From positions 9,631,231 through 9,695,230 of the forward strand of contig MU054187.1 in assembly GCA_013239625.1 (NCBI GenBank): a stretch of 64,000 bases of DNA. Reading direction: 5' to 3'. Origin of the DNA: Lama guanicoe. Its lineage: Eukaryota. The notes beneath the pieces are model-generated. The model saw only the letters and a program-made list of their open reading frames with translations. It did not search any database and had not been told where the DNA came from. Numbering within the stretch: the first letter of the stretch is position 1; each line of letters starts with the position of its first letter. Below, piece after piece: positions 27,480 to 39,000 of the stretch. Position numbers and translations under genes: made by a program.

Positions 27480-28700
27480 ACCGAGAAGCGGCTATGAGAG
27501 ACTGGGTGCCTGGATGTGCGCTGTGGGGGGAATCGACTCAAAGGACCCACCTGGGCGTTTGTTACTCACTTTCTGGGTCTTAAATACACTGGTCCCCATC
27601 TCTCCACAGTCACGGCTGCGCTCCGGCCAGAGGGCCGAAGCGGCCGTGGAGCAGCGGGAAGGGAAACTTCGGCCCCGGCGCGGGAGGGCCTGGCGGGGAA
27701 GCAGCGGGAAAGGAAAGAGACTCAGAGTAGAGACGGGGCCGACAGGCCTCGGCGAAAGGGATGTCACCCACCTGCGCGACCTCTTCGCCATCCTTCAAGT
27801 ACCGCATAGGCGCGGGCTGGGCGGGGACGCAGCTCAGCCTCCTCCAGCCTCAGGAGAATGCTCCTCCCCGACCCTCCCGCCGCTTCCCTCGCTCCCTCTC
27901 CGAGGCGGCCGAGTGCGGAACGCACGTTCCCGGCAGGTCAGGACGGAGGGACGGAGGGGCGGACCGCGACAGCCCCGGCTCGCAGCGCCGCTCTTAGCCC
28001 CGGCCCGGCCCGGTCAGGGATGCCCCTGACATGTCAGCAGGCGCGCTCCCGCCCTTAGCCGGCCCCTCCCGCCGCCTCTCAGCCTCCTCGCCGCCGTCCC
28101 AGCGCGGCTCCGCCGCAGGCGCAGACCCCCGCCCTCTCCCCGCAGCGAGCAGCTCTGCAGGGCTCGTAGCCTCCTGCAGGGTTTTGTCCGCACCGCCGAA
28201 TCTCGCGCCCAGCCTCCCTCCAGAGCCGCCGTTTGAATCTGCGCACGCGGCCCCGAACCCCATTGGCTGTGGCGACCGCACGCGGGGGAACGGGGGCGGG
28301 GCGGGGAGAGCGCGCGCGACTGAGGGCGGGGCTGGGGAGCTGGAAGCCGGGACTGGAACTCGCGGGAGTCGGGAAGGAGCTGGGAGCCAGGGGGTGGGGC
28401 CGCAGGCGGGGCTCGCGGGGCTCGCTGTGACAGGATCCAGAGCGCGCCCAGTGTCGCACTGCGAGGGGGCGGGGCGCCGAGGGCCGCTCGGAGCCTCTTG
28501 GGAAAGCGAGTTCCAGGCTCGCCGAGAGGCGTGTCCGGAAGGGGCAGCGGAAGCCCAGATTTCCCGGGGTGGCGGACGGTGTTGGGCGTCCCGCCGGAGC
28601 GTGTGTCCCCAGCCTTCTCTCGACTAAGATTCCTCACTCCTCGGGTGCATCTCGCCTCACGAGTTAGGAGGGGAGGTCTTCGGACTTGAGACAAATCTAT
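27480..28700. promoter_or_regulatory. MYBL1: MYBL1 CpG-island promoter and 5' UTR
   Basis: Abrupt rise in GC and CpG; GC boxes (GGGGCGGGG ~28293-28307, ~28323-28333), CCAAT on minus strand (ATTGG 28262-28266), TTTGAA at 28232-28237; boundaries approximate. Confidence 0.9.
27772..27791 (-). CDS. MYBL1: MYBL1 coding exon 1 (MAKRSR+AG)
   Basis: ATG at 27791-27789 in strong context (AGG ATG G); encodes MAKRSR; donor AG|GTGGGT at 27771; inside CpG island; 20 nt, phase 2. Confidence 0.95.
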
Positions 28701-29407
28701 TCATAAATTTGCGCGGCCTGTTATTGTTTAAGCAAAAAGGCGAGCTGTTTTTACCCAGACATCATAGCTCCTGGACTACCGAAGACTCTAGCAGAAAGCC
28801 GAATGTTAAGAATGAGCAGGAGTGTGACAGGTGAAAAAAGTTTTTAGCTGGACACATGCTTGGAACAGAAAAGAGAATCCGAGTCTGCAGCTGGTCTCCA
28901 AAGGGCTTAATCTCCTACTTGGCTCTGAGGGAAATAAATGCTGTGAGAGGTGAAGGAATCCTGATCAGGAGAAGAATACAGGACAGGAGCGGACTGGGAG
29001 TTTCACTCAGATTGATGAGTACGGTAGTCAACTGTAGAAGGTGACCTTCCTTCGTGGGAGCGACGGGAGGAGGGGGAAACTGCACCGGGGGAGCTTGTAG
29101 CAGTTACAACTACTCTGGTGGTTTCAAGCCTGATAACTATGAACTGCTCGCTTCAGGTAGCATTAAAGTAACAGTACAGTACGATTAGAAATGGCTAAGG
29201 ATCTAAATTTGCAGAGTAACATGCTCTGCTGCATAGAGCACAAAACCACATGTTAATATTGTAACAAACTTACATTTTGCTATTTTGAAATTTTACGCAT
29301 CAGTTTTTGCAAATCAGAGATGCAGGTGTAAATGTGAATTCAGAGGAGCTTGCATGCACTACTTCCAAAACTTAAAACATCTGCCTTTTTTATAGTTCCT
29401 TTTTCTC

Positions 29408-29660
29408 AAGGTATGGGTTCTGGGAAGGTAAAACAGCTGTTCTTTCAAATCATTCCGTACTGTGTTGCTAGTTCACTTAAAAAAAAAAAAAACCAAACCC
29501 CAATTTTAAAAAAAAATGTCTTTTTAAAATATTAAAGGTATGGGTTCTGGGAAGGTAAAACAGCTGTTCTTTCAAATCATTCCGTACTGTGTTGCTAGTT
29601 CACTTAAAAAAAAAAAAACCAAACCCTAATTTAGAAAGTAATGTCATTTGAAAACAGTAT
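29408..29660. repeat. 127-bp direct tandem duplication
   Basis: aaggtatgggttctggg...gttcactt(A)n ccaaaccc at 29408 and 29535. Confidence 0.95.
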
Positions 29661-30009
29661 TTTCTTATTTACTCTTGAGTCGTACATTACTCTGCTTATT
29701 TACTTCCTAACAGGAAATAGCGTTTCTGCTATATTTTTTAGGCTATAGTCAGTTTTATTCAGAATACCTTTTTAGAGCTTAAAGACAGTGTTTTAGATTT
29801 TGACAGCAAATTTAATCCCCCTCATTTTAGAGGTAGAGAAAAACATAATTCCTCAAAAAGTTCACATTGCAAATTAATTTAAATTAGTTATAAAAAGACA
29901 AAGCGTGGAATTAAAGTGGTTCACAATCATTTGAATATACATCCTCAAGTATATTATAACCTGATACTTGGTGGGTTTTAAATCAAAACATATTTAATAA
30001 AAATTTTTT

Positions 30010-30330
30010 ATTCATAGTCTATAAAGAACTCTCAAAGCAATAATGAGGAAAAAAGGAATAAAAAATGGGTCAACAGACACGTTACCAAAAAAGGTATACA
30101 AATGGCAAGTAAAAGTAGCGTGAAAAGATGCACCACATCATTAATCATTAGAGAAATGCAAAGTAAAGCCACAGTGAGATACTACTATACAGCTGTTAGA
30201 ATGGCGGGGTTGGGCAGGGAGACTGACTGTACAAGTGTTGGTGAGGATGAGGATGCTGAGCAAATATAACTTTCATACATTGCTGGTAGAAATGCAAATA
30301 GAATCGCCACTTTGGGAAACAAATGTTTGT
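30010..30330 (+). mobile_element. Diverged L1 fragment
   Basis: tgaaaagatgc..cacatcattaatcattagagaaatgcaaa.taaagccacagtgagatact. Confidence 0.75.
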
Positions 30331-31379
30331 AGTGGCTTTAGTTGTAATCAACAAACACCGAAAACACAAGGAAAATTCTTTTTCTTGTTACGCATTTACT
30401 CCTCAACCCCTGAGTTAGTTTTAAATAGTTTATTAATGCTTCTCAAGTCTTTCCACAGACGTATAGGGGAATGAATGCCAAAAGGAGACAGGGATTGGGG
30501 ACAAGTGCTGGAAGTTTCTTTGAAAACCGTCTTATTTTAAAAACTTAATGTAAAGTTTTCTTTCTATTCCATGACAGGTATATTCACATTTTTAATTATA
30601 AAATGATTTTTAATTATGTATTAATTTACTTTCTTATCCTAAATCTTTAAGTAAATTGCCTCATTATTATTATATAAATGGATAGAAGCTGCATCATGCT
30701 CATCCTTCACATGGGTACACCTACTTCTCTTCGGGCAAAGGCCAAATACCCCCAAGGTTTGCTAATGTTAGTTTGAAAAGTTTATGCTGGTTTAATATAG
30801 TACCTAATAGACTATAGTTTTAATAGAGCTGTATCAGTCATTCCCTTAAGTAGATTTTTTGTTCTATGTATTGCTCGAGCTCCAGTCCCTAGAATAGTGA
30901 TACACCTAGATGCTCAATAAATGCAATAACTGTAGAATGAATGAAAAAAGGCAAACATAAATAAGTACACGAATAAATATTTATGCTCACAAGGACACAA
31001 AAAGTACAAATTAAAGTAGAGTTGAAATACCATTTTATGACTCTTAAGATAGCAAAATTTTTCTAAATCCTGCCAACAAAGTTTGAATAATTCCTTGATG
31101 TTAGTATTGAAACTGGTATAACCCTTTTGGAAAGCAATACAGAGCACAAGGCATATATATGTGTGCAGCCTTTGACAAAAATTTAGCTTTAGAATGTAAT
31201 TCAATACAAGCAAAAAAGATGTGCTTCAAATCTTATAGTAGTGTATTCCATTAGAAACCCAATTTGAACAAATTCATATTTTAAAACTAGTTTAAATGGT
31301 TCATCAGCAGGAAAGAACAATTATATAGCCAGTAAAAATAGTGTACTATTAAGGCAATGCCAGTAAATAGCTATTATAT

Positions 31380-31585
31380 TACTAGACCTTTCTAGGTGCT
31401 TCACATGCATTAGTCTCAGGTAATATTCAAAACTTCTATAATTGTAGCAGCTCTGTGAGGTGAGTACCATTATTTTCATCTACGTTATAAATGAAGAAAC
31501 TTGGGCACCAAAAGGTTAACTTGTCCAAGGGCCTACAGTGGCAGAACCAATATTTGAATTAGAACCCAACCTCTCACTCTACTAC
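31380..31585 (-). mobile_element. MIR fragment (similar degraded MIRs near 5440-5580, 35740-35930, 52420-52560, 62860-63250)
   Basis: ctctgtgaggt...attatt..catct..gttataaatgaagaaact...aggttaacttgtccaagg core motif. Confidence 0.65.
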
Positions 31586-32361
31586 CTTAGTATCTGTGAG
31601 TATTCAACTGTAAGTATAGTGTAGCTGTAGTGTAGAGATAGCATGGTGTAGTGCAGAGTGCTAGCAGCAGAACTGTATGATTTGTGTGATGTCTTTTACA
31701 TAAACAGAAAGTCAGGGTCTGTTTGTATGTGGTTGTGTGTCTAATAGTCTAGAAAATGATCTATGGAATACACACCAAACTGTGGAGCACTGTTTTACTT
31801 TAGAGAAAGAAATGAGTTGGGAGCCGGGCAGGCTTTAACTTTTTACCATATATATCTTTGTACTGATTTATTTTGAAGCATCAATTTCTATGTTTCTCTT
31901 TTAATTAAAAAATATTAGTTGATGCTAAACTCTAAAAGTTGCTGAAAATCCTAGAAGGAAATAGCACAAATATGGTATATATAAGCTTGTCTCAATATTG
32001 ATAATGCTAAAGAAATATGCTTTGGCAGAAATAATGAAACCATATATTATGTATTCAGTATGAAAACCAAAATCAGCTTTAGAACTCTTATCTTGACTAC
32101 ATAAATTTATGGGCCAACCTCTCTCTTCCACCACCAATATATTTTGCTAATTTCTTCTTTTACATTTAGGGTGCTATTTTAGATATGATGGAAATTATAC
32201 ATAGAAACCATACTAACATAAGAAGCTATAGAAGTCTTAGTTTGGCTTTTAAAGGCAAAATAAGGGTGGCAGAGCTGCAAAGGGAGAAAAAAAAACTGTA
32301 AGAGAAAAAAAATATTTTAAAGTGTTCCTATTTCAACCCAGTATTCTTTGCTCTACCCTTT

Positions 32362-32855
32362 TGTGGTAGATAGAATAATGCCCCTCCCAAATATGTCCAC
32401 ATCCTAACCCCCAGAACCTATGAATATACTACCTTAATGGCAAAAGGGACTTTGCAGATGTGATTAAATTAAGGTTCTCAACATGGTGAGTTTGGAATAT
32501 CTAAGTGGACCTAACGTAATCACAAGAGTCCCTAAGAGTGACAGCCGGAAGCAGAAGAGTCTGAGAGAGATCCAGGATGCTATACTGTTAAATTTGAAAA
32601 TGAAGGAGAAGGGGTCGTGAGCCAAAGAACGCAGGCAGCCTCCAGGAGCTAGAGAGGCAAGAAAACAGATTCTCCTCTAGAGGCTCCAGGAAACAACACA
32701 GCCCTGTTGACACCTTGATCGTAGCCCAGGGAGATCTTGTTTGCACGTCTGACCTCCAGAACCTTAGAATAATGTTTGTGTTATTTTAAGCCCCTACGTT
32801 TGTGGTAACTTGTTATAGCAGCAGTAACACAATAATAGGAATAAGAAACTAATAA
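32362..32855 (+). mobile_element. MLT1 (ERVL-MaLR, MLT1D-like) solo LTR
   Basis: tgtggtag...gtccacatcctaa...ggcaaaagggactttgcagatgtgattaa...ttgtggtaacttgttatagcagca...aaactaata; 5-bp TSD ccttt (32357-32361, 32856-32860). Confidence 0.9.
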
Positions 32856-35800
32856 CCTTTTCTGAAATGTTCATGTTGGCCTGTCAGAAATAATGTTGGC
32901 CTGTCATAATGAAAATAGGCCTTTCTCTTCAAAAAGTAATCTCTCATAATGTCCAAAGTTTAGCCTTACTAACTGAGGGTTTAAAATGAAAGATAGGAAC
33001 TCCAAGTTAAGGGAGAGGGTATTCAGGGCATTGAAAAAGAATGAATTTACCTGCATACCACAAAATTCTTAAAGCAGGATTATCACTCATCTGTGGGAAA
33101 CTTGACATCTGCCAAGATATGAATGTGTGTGCTTCTCCTCTTAAATCCTACGTTTTCTACCTCTATTCTCAATTTAATCACCTTCGACTTTACTAGGGAA
33201 AAAAATCTTTTTTTCAGCCTCCTCTTCTCCTCTGGCCTAGCACACTGAGACATTTCCAAAGGGAACAGTGAATCTGGAAAATTTTAGGGGAATCTGTGGT
33301 TATTGAAGGTCATTCCTGCCATTTACAGTGCCAGGTCTAGGAACATAAGACTTTTGATCTTAGTCCTGCACAAGGAAGAATAACATTGAGTTCCATTCAA
33401 AGTTCAACCAGACAGTAATGTAAGTGAGAAACCTGATGATAATTATTTAAGCCTAGAACCAACTCCTTTTTACTTAAAAAAAACAAGTGCACAAGTGTTG
33501 GTTTTGCACTGTTTTAGAATACATTGAATATTTTCGGAAAGACAACTACTGTGTAAACCAGGTGAAGATTGTATATTATTTTGTTCAGACTTGACCAAGA
33601 GTTGTTTCCCTGTTTTAGAAAATCACATCACTGAAGGTAACATAGCTCAAGATTTCAAGACACTAATACCACCCACCGATATGTGTATTTGTTACTATTG
33701 AGTTCATGGTGATCTGCGTATAAATGTCAGTTGGCTTAGTTATGCTTGAGGGGGATTTTATTATAAATCGCTTATGTTTCTCCTCCATATTTTAGTTAGA
33801 GCATTACATTGATTTTTTTTAAATTGTAAGTTATTTATGAATTTTATTTTAGTAGGGTATAAATAGACTGGAATACATTGTTATAAAAGGGGGATATTGG
33901 CTCCAGCAGGGTTGAAAATAGTGATCCATGGAATATATTCATCCATCCATCCCTCCCATAACCCTGTATCTGCTGTCTTCTCTTCTTCTCTTTCAGTCAG
34001 ACTTCTCAAAGGTGTCTTGACTTCACTACCCAATTATCTAACCTTTAGCACAACCAAGCCATGGAAATTGTGACCGTAAAAGTCACCAAACCCTGTTAAA
34101 TCCAATGGACACTTGAAGAAGGAAATCAATCTTCGTTTTACCTGAACTTTCTATATATAGCATTTTACTTCATTACTTCCTTTTATTTGAAATTTTCATC
34201 CCTGTTTTCTGTGACATAATGTCCATGATTTCCATCCCTCAAATTCCTTTGCAAGCCTTTGCTTCTGCCTGCACCTTAAAAATGTTGGCATTCCCTAAAA
34301 TTGCATTTTTAGCTCTCTTCTCACTCTACACTCTCTTTCCAGGCAATCACATCCACTCCTATGATTACAGTCATATCCTATGATTCACAAATCTTTATTT
34401 CCAACCTGCACCCCTCTCCTGAATTCCATTTCTCTCCTGCTGGAAGCACTAAACACCCAAAACTCAGCATGTCCAAAAATGGAATTCACTTCCTACTGCC
34501 AATCTGTTATTACTTCTGTTTCCTGAAAGATGAAGAAAATTATGGTACCCAACCACAGAGTTGTTTTGAGGGTTAAACTAATTATTGCATGTTGTGTTTT
34601 GCCTATTGCATGGATATAGGGAAAGGGTCACTAAATGATAGTTCTTATACTTGTGTGTGTTTCTATCTCCATCATTGGGATGTAAGCTCTAAGAGCCACA
34701 TGGAATTTGTCTCATTTAGAGTGGTCTCCCCAGTTCCCACAACAGAAGCTTGGCATTTGACCAGTGCTTAATAGTTTTAAATGAATGAAGGATTTGAGTA
34801 TAATATGTTGATCACATAAATCAAATATAAAAATGTCATTGTTTTATATAGGTAGGCCTCATACTATCCATGTTTCTTTCTGTACATAGAACTGACAAAC
34901 AGGAATAATCCCCCCAGATTCTCACACTATTTATGTTTTTAGATAAAGAATTATGTGGTATGATAAATGCACCAAAGATAAGCTTAGTTCCAACGACGAA
35001 AGAGTATGAGTTTGAAGAGCCCGTAAGTTTTTCACCTCAGTATACCATATACAGTTCAGGAAATCAATTAAAGGCTTACTTCAGTTTTTCTATATACATT
35101 TTTAATGATTAGAAACAATCAACTATGCAGTTAGAATTGCAGCTACTGGGGTCTGAAAAAGCCAGTTAATAAAAATGAAATTCATACTGAGCTGTCATAA
35201 TAGGATGTTTGTCTTACTCACTGAAGGTTTTAAGAGCTCCAAACTATATGTGACCAGTGACATGCATGTACAAGACCTCAAGTCCGAGTCTGGGACAAGT
35301 GCAGCCAAATCACAAAGCAAACCTAATTATGTCGTTTACTTGGGGCTCATACCCATGTCATTTGTCCCATCAGCACTATGCCTTCAGCAAGTGAGACCAT
35401 GATGACGTGGTCAGAACAAGAGAGTAACAACTGTGAAACAAGTCATAGTAGAAATGGAGGTCTTGAAAGGCTCCATGACTTGCCTTAGGTCACAGAATAA
35501 GTTAGCTGCAGAGCACAAACTCAGTTCTCCAGATTTTCAATGTTGCATGTGGTCATAAAGCTCTTGCATAAATATTTGAACATACATCCATTCAGTTTTT
35601 AGCTCATAAATTATATAGCACAAATAAAGCAAGTTTTAATACAACAAAATGAATTATTTAAATAATATGCCCTATGTATGAGTTATCCCACTTAACATGG
35701 CAACTGAGCTCTACTGAATTACTTTGATGTATAATAACAATAATAGCAAACATTTTAGGGTTTACTGTGTCAAGCATTGTTCTAATCATCTGATATGTGT

Positions 35801-36099
35801 TAACTGATTTAATCATCGCCCCACGAGTAGATGTCATTATCTTCCCAGAGAGGAAAGTGTCACATGGTGACATAGTAAGCAGGGTGACAGGACTCAGATC
35901 TATTAAGTCTGAGGCTACTCTCTGGCCACTAAGTTAAACGATCTATTCTAACAAAATAGACATTAAGTATATACATTAAAACTTAAAAGTATCAGTCGTG
36001 TTGATTGCTAAGCTATACCCATGTAATTTAGTACTATTTTCTATAGTTCATCATTCTCTCTCAGCAGCATTTTTTAAAAAACAGCACAGAAACAAGTTC

Positions 36100-39000
36100 T
36101 CTCTTTATTAGAACGTCTTTGTCTTTAAATATTCAGTAAGCATCACATGACCCAATTATGTAATATATCTAAGGAAATTTTGCTTATCCTTTTCTAATTG
36201 GGTCCATTTCATTTGCATTGAAATCTGCATTAAGGGGAGAAATCACTGTTCCTGTATGATATCCCACTGAAGGAAGTTTTTAAAAAAAACTTTGTTACAC
36301 TAAGAATTCCTTTGTAAAGTTGAACTGCATTTTCATGTGTTATAATATTAAGGTATAATTCCAGGAAACTAAAGAATAAAAATTTAAAAGCTAATGTGGA
36401 GAAGCTGAGGGGGAAATCAGTATCAATTAACTTATAGTTTTATTACTCATATAGAACTTCACATACTATACAGTTAGGGGTATTGTAGAACACAGGTATA
36501 ATACACTATTACCAATTATTTATTACTCAAATATTATACAGCAATCACAAAATCAGAAAATAACGGATAACAGCCAGTGCCTTAGGGATGATGTAACATC
36601 TATACTATTTTATTTAGCAATTAAAGCACTTGCTATTTAATCTTTTCTAAATATTTACACTCTTACACTTATTTTTACATATTCTAAATAACATTTCTCT
36701 CCAAAAAGTAGACTCTCCAGCTCTTGGCACTAATTCTCAGTCAAATAAATCTGAAAATACTGACAACCTTTTTATTCTTTTATTGCTCTACCACAGGCAT
36801 AAAGGCTCAGGAAGGGATTTGTGCATCCTAAAGAAAAGTAGGCAATACCTTAAAATTTTAAATACTAAGTAATTGATACTCACAAGCAGATAACATCAAC
36901 TAAAACTTTTTTTTTACTAGTTTTCCTTTTCTTTTACAAGAGAATAATCATTGTAGTAATATTATACTACAAAAGCATGTAGACTCCATAATTTAAAAAA
37001 TTAAATGTCAGATATACAAGTAATGTCATTTTCTCCAATAATTCACAATTTTTACAATTTCTGCTATTTTGGAACAAACGTTAAAATTCCCACGATTTAA
37101 GTATCATTAAATAAATATGAATTGAAACATTAAGCATCTCAAAGAATTATTAAGAATGGCAGAACTTACAATTAACTATAAATTTTACATTGGTGATAAA
37201 GCTCCCCTTTTGTTATTTCTTAAGTAAACATTCTACTATGGTATGTTTTCAAGTGAATAGCTCTGGTGTGAAAAATTTCTTACATTGTGAAGAGCCTTGA
37301 GGTTATACAATTTTCTTAAATTTTATAACCTTGAAATGTAGGCTATATCTACCCTAACTTAGAGTATGTATTTTACTACTACTGTTATAAAAGATCATTT
37401 TAAACTCATATTAAGATGAGTGGAGTTTAATCCGATTTTGCAAAGGCTTTTATGAAAATCTTAATATGGAAACCTTGTTTTTGAGAACCATGAAACTCTC
37501 AAAATCTGCTCTGCAGTATTTTAAATATGGGCCAATTAAAATTCCTGTTGAAAAATGACAAAATGGTTTGATATTCTGAAATAAACACTTTATGATATTG
37601 TCACATTGACCAAAGCATAATTAAAGACAGAAGTAACAAGTTTTTTTCATACTTAAAGATTAGTTATTAGTGAGGTCTAAATTTTTTAGAGAAATGTTCA
37701 TTAGCAGTCAGTTATTAGTAGTGGTTATTTAACTACATAAAATAATACTGTTACAAACTTTGCATTTAGTAGCTAACATGTCATGTCAGTACAATTCCCA
37801 GAAACCTATCACTAGTAGTATATGAGTTGCTAGCAAGTGATCTTCCCTGAGGTAAGAGACCATATGCAAAAGTCTGCTAATTTCCAATAAAGTTAGATTC
37901 TTAAAAATAATGGCAATAAGGGCCTATGTGGCTGGGAATCACAGATGCATTTCTGATTGATAATCTTAATTGCAAGCAGTAGGCTTGATTGTAACAACCA
38001 AACAAAATTATCAGAAGATATAAAGCAAATTTCACAGTCAATAGCATTTGCTAAATTCCTCAGGTCTTTAGCCTAACATTTTCCAATAAAATATCTGAAA
38101 TACAGTGAAAGGAGGGAAAATGGGCCTTAGACTTACTCTTTAACTAGTTCCTGAGTAACCACTCCCCTGGCGTTCATTATATCCTAGCCCATAATATTTG
38201 ACAGCATCCTGTTTTCTTCAATTTCAGCCAGTTCCTCATTACCTGTATTCAAGACACACATCACCTTCAACTCTACCTGGACTTTGGGACATCAATTCAA
38301 ACTTGGTATTATTAATTATAAAATGGATTACAGAAGAAAAAATTATAATTTTACTTCCACTTTCAGTTAAACACTGCAAATAGAATTTAATTATAGTACT
38401 GAATTAGAGTTAGAATGTTACCTGTAGGGCTAAGAAAATATTTTAACTGATTTATGATCTCTAGCTTGGACTCAAGGTTGTGGTGATCACAAATGGCAGT
38501 ACTAAAAAAATAATCACTCTGAAATCATGTATTTGATTATGATAACCATATAGATGGACAAATGATGATAATCAAGAACTTAAATTCTGTTCTAAAACTT
38601 TTTTGTTAAGCTGATACCTGGTCCACTTCTCAAAAACCATTAATTACCAAAACAAAATTTCAGTGGATTTAAAATAATTTTAGGAAATCTGACCATTCTC
38701 AGAATCAAGCCTTTTATTCTTTATCAAGAGAGAACCCAAACTATTATTATAATATTCATATACCTAGCCAGTTTCTAAATAGCATTGCTGTGGCAAGAGA
38801 AATCAATAATGTTGTCAGAGATTAAGCCCTCCTTCTAATGTTCACAGGTGCATTTTAATTTGACGAAATCCAAGTATTTAATATGAGATAAAATGTGTAT
38901 GTGATATTTTTACTTTATGCTATGAAATTATGTCAGTTATTAATTAAACACACCAAGCCACAGGTGAAGAAAATATTTGTTAAAGAAAAGGTGATTATAT

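Noticed and set aside
27212..28694. Many overlapping 60-226 aa ORFs on both strands
   Set aside because: Expected in a stop-poor CpG island; Arg/Gly/Pro/Ala-rich with no recognisable domain; only MAKRSR is supported as coding
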